Of a DNA stretch of 64,000 nt, positions 63,157-64,000 are shown in pieces. Below the pieces are notes generated by a model that was not told the origin of the DNA, made no database searches, and worked only from the letters and a program-made list of their open reading frames with translations. The stretch is from the IMG/VR virus record IMGVR_UViG_3300050496_000069; one strand, given 5' to 3'. Position numbers and translations under genes: made by a program. The stretch is from a virus. How positions within the stretch are numbered: the first letter of the stretch is position 1; each line of letters begins with the position of its first letter.

Positions 63157-64000
63157 GCTCAAAGGGCTGATGAAGGTCAAAAAGACCCTCGCGAGCGGCA
63201 AGACCATCTATTACTGCTACGCTTGGCGCGGCGGTCCGCTTCTCAAAACAAAGAGCGGCGAGCCAATGCAGCCGGGCGATCCCATGTTGATCAAGGCGTT
63301 TTCGGACGCGACGAAAGATCGCCACGTTGACCCGAGCGAAACGTTGGGAGCCCTCATCACCGAATACAGGGCGTCGACCGAGTTCTTATCGAAAGCCGAC
63401 AAGACACGCCGCGAATATGACCGGTACCTCGATCTAATTCGAGAGAAGTTCGGCAAGGCACCATTCTTCATGCTCCAGGATCCGCGCTACCGAGGCGAGC
63501 TCAAGAAGTGGCGCGACAGCATGGCGGACAAGCCTCGCACAGCGGATTATGCGTGGACCACCCTTGCCCGCATACTTTCTTTCGGCAAGGACCGCGGCAA
63601 GCTGTCAGTGAACATTGCTGAGAAAGGCGGCCGCCTCTATTCCGCCGACCGTACCGAAAACATCTGGACAGAAGAGCACTTGCAGAAGCTGTTCGCCGTT
63701 GCGACGAAAGAGATAAAGGCTGCAGTTATCTTCGCCCTGTGGACAGGCCAGCGCAAAGGCGACCTGCTGGTTGCCCCATGGAGCGACTACGACGGCAAGA
63801 CCATCAAGGTGAAGCAGAGCAAGACGGGCGCGCGCGTAAAAATTCCTTGCGGCAACGAACTGAAACAGATTTTGGACGCGATGCCGCGAAGGTCGACGGT
63901 GATTCTCACCAACACGAGAAAGAAGATCCCGTGGACGTCGGATGGCTTCGACACATCGTTCCAAAAAACAAAAGCAAAGGCTGGCATCGAGGATCTGACC
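63146..64000 (+). CDS. int: Tyrosine integrase, truncated by the window end
   Basis: Absent from the ORF track; read by eye: MRVKLKGL..YYCYAWRGGP..ALWTGQRKGDLL (catalytic R)..QSKTG (K)..AGIEDLT. Confidence 0.92.
   Translation, partial: MRVKLKGLMKVKKTLASGKTIYYCYAWRGGPLLKTKSGEPMQPGDPMLIKAFSDATKDRHVDPSETLGALITEYRASTEFLSKADKTRREYDRYLDLIREKFGKAPFFMLQDPRYRGELKKWRDSMADKPRTADYAWTTLARILSFGKDRGKLSVNIAEKGGRLYSADRTENIWTEEHLQKLFAVATKEIKAAVIFALWTGQRKGDLLVAPWSDYDGKTIKVKQSKTGARVKIPCGNELKQILDAMPRRSTVILTNTRKKIPWTSDGFDTSFQKTKAKAGIEDLT

Larger units (their letters stand above)
336..64000. mobile_element. Temperate siphovirus-type prophage (HK97-like head, long non-contractile tail) integrated at tRNA-Lys; right end lies beyond the window
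   Basis: Full head, tail, lysis, replication and repressor modules; xis-int at the right edge; tRNA at the left edge; attR not visible. Confidence 0.93.

Noticed and set aside
1-64000. IS elements, introns, rRNA
   Set aside because: No transposase, terminal inverted repeats with target duplications, intron-split genes or rRNA sequence recognised.

Overview
Nearly the whole window is one temperate siphovirus-type prophage of a Rhizobiaceae-like host (Agrobacterium/Rhizobium type; host inferred from gene content and promoter motifs). It is integrated at the 3' end of tRNA-Lys(TTT) at 336-411. The xis and tyrosine integrase genes are at the right edge, and the integrase is cut by the window end, so attR is not visible. 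Core modules, mostly on the minus strand: nucleotide-metabolism genes (1.7-6.2 kb), lysis (10.4-12.1 kb), tail (12.1-25.9 kb), HK97-type head and packaging (25.9-33.8 kb), a phage tRNA-Met and late-control region (35-37 kb), replication/recombination (40-59 kb: primase-helicase, DNA methyltransferase, SF2 helicase, Cas4-like nuclease, DnaN, AAA ATPase), and two tandem repressor genes (59-61 kb). Many accessory genes are inserted, usually antisense: an acyltransferase, a LexA-box SRAP cassette, YciF/CsbD stress genes with EcfG-type promoters, DUF2806-like, a RuvC-like/Ser-Thr kinase pair, a peptide-hairpin-XRE module, an SRA-HNH nuclease, a jacalin-like lectin and several membrane proteins. The most striking signals not explained by gene annotation are: (1) the peptide ANDN, the start of the alphaproteobacterial tmRNA (ssrA) degradation tag, occurs 16 times in 14 non-structural proteins with freely varying codons, often with C-terminal AA/VA, and was not seen in structural proteins; (2) a CACCAC..GAGGAG leader precedes about 14 non-structural genes; (3) a 30-bp promoter-operator is repeated at three distant sites.
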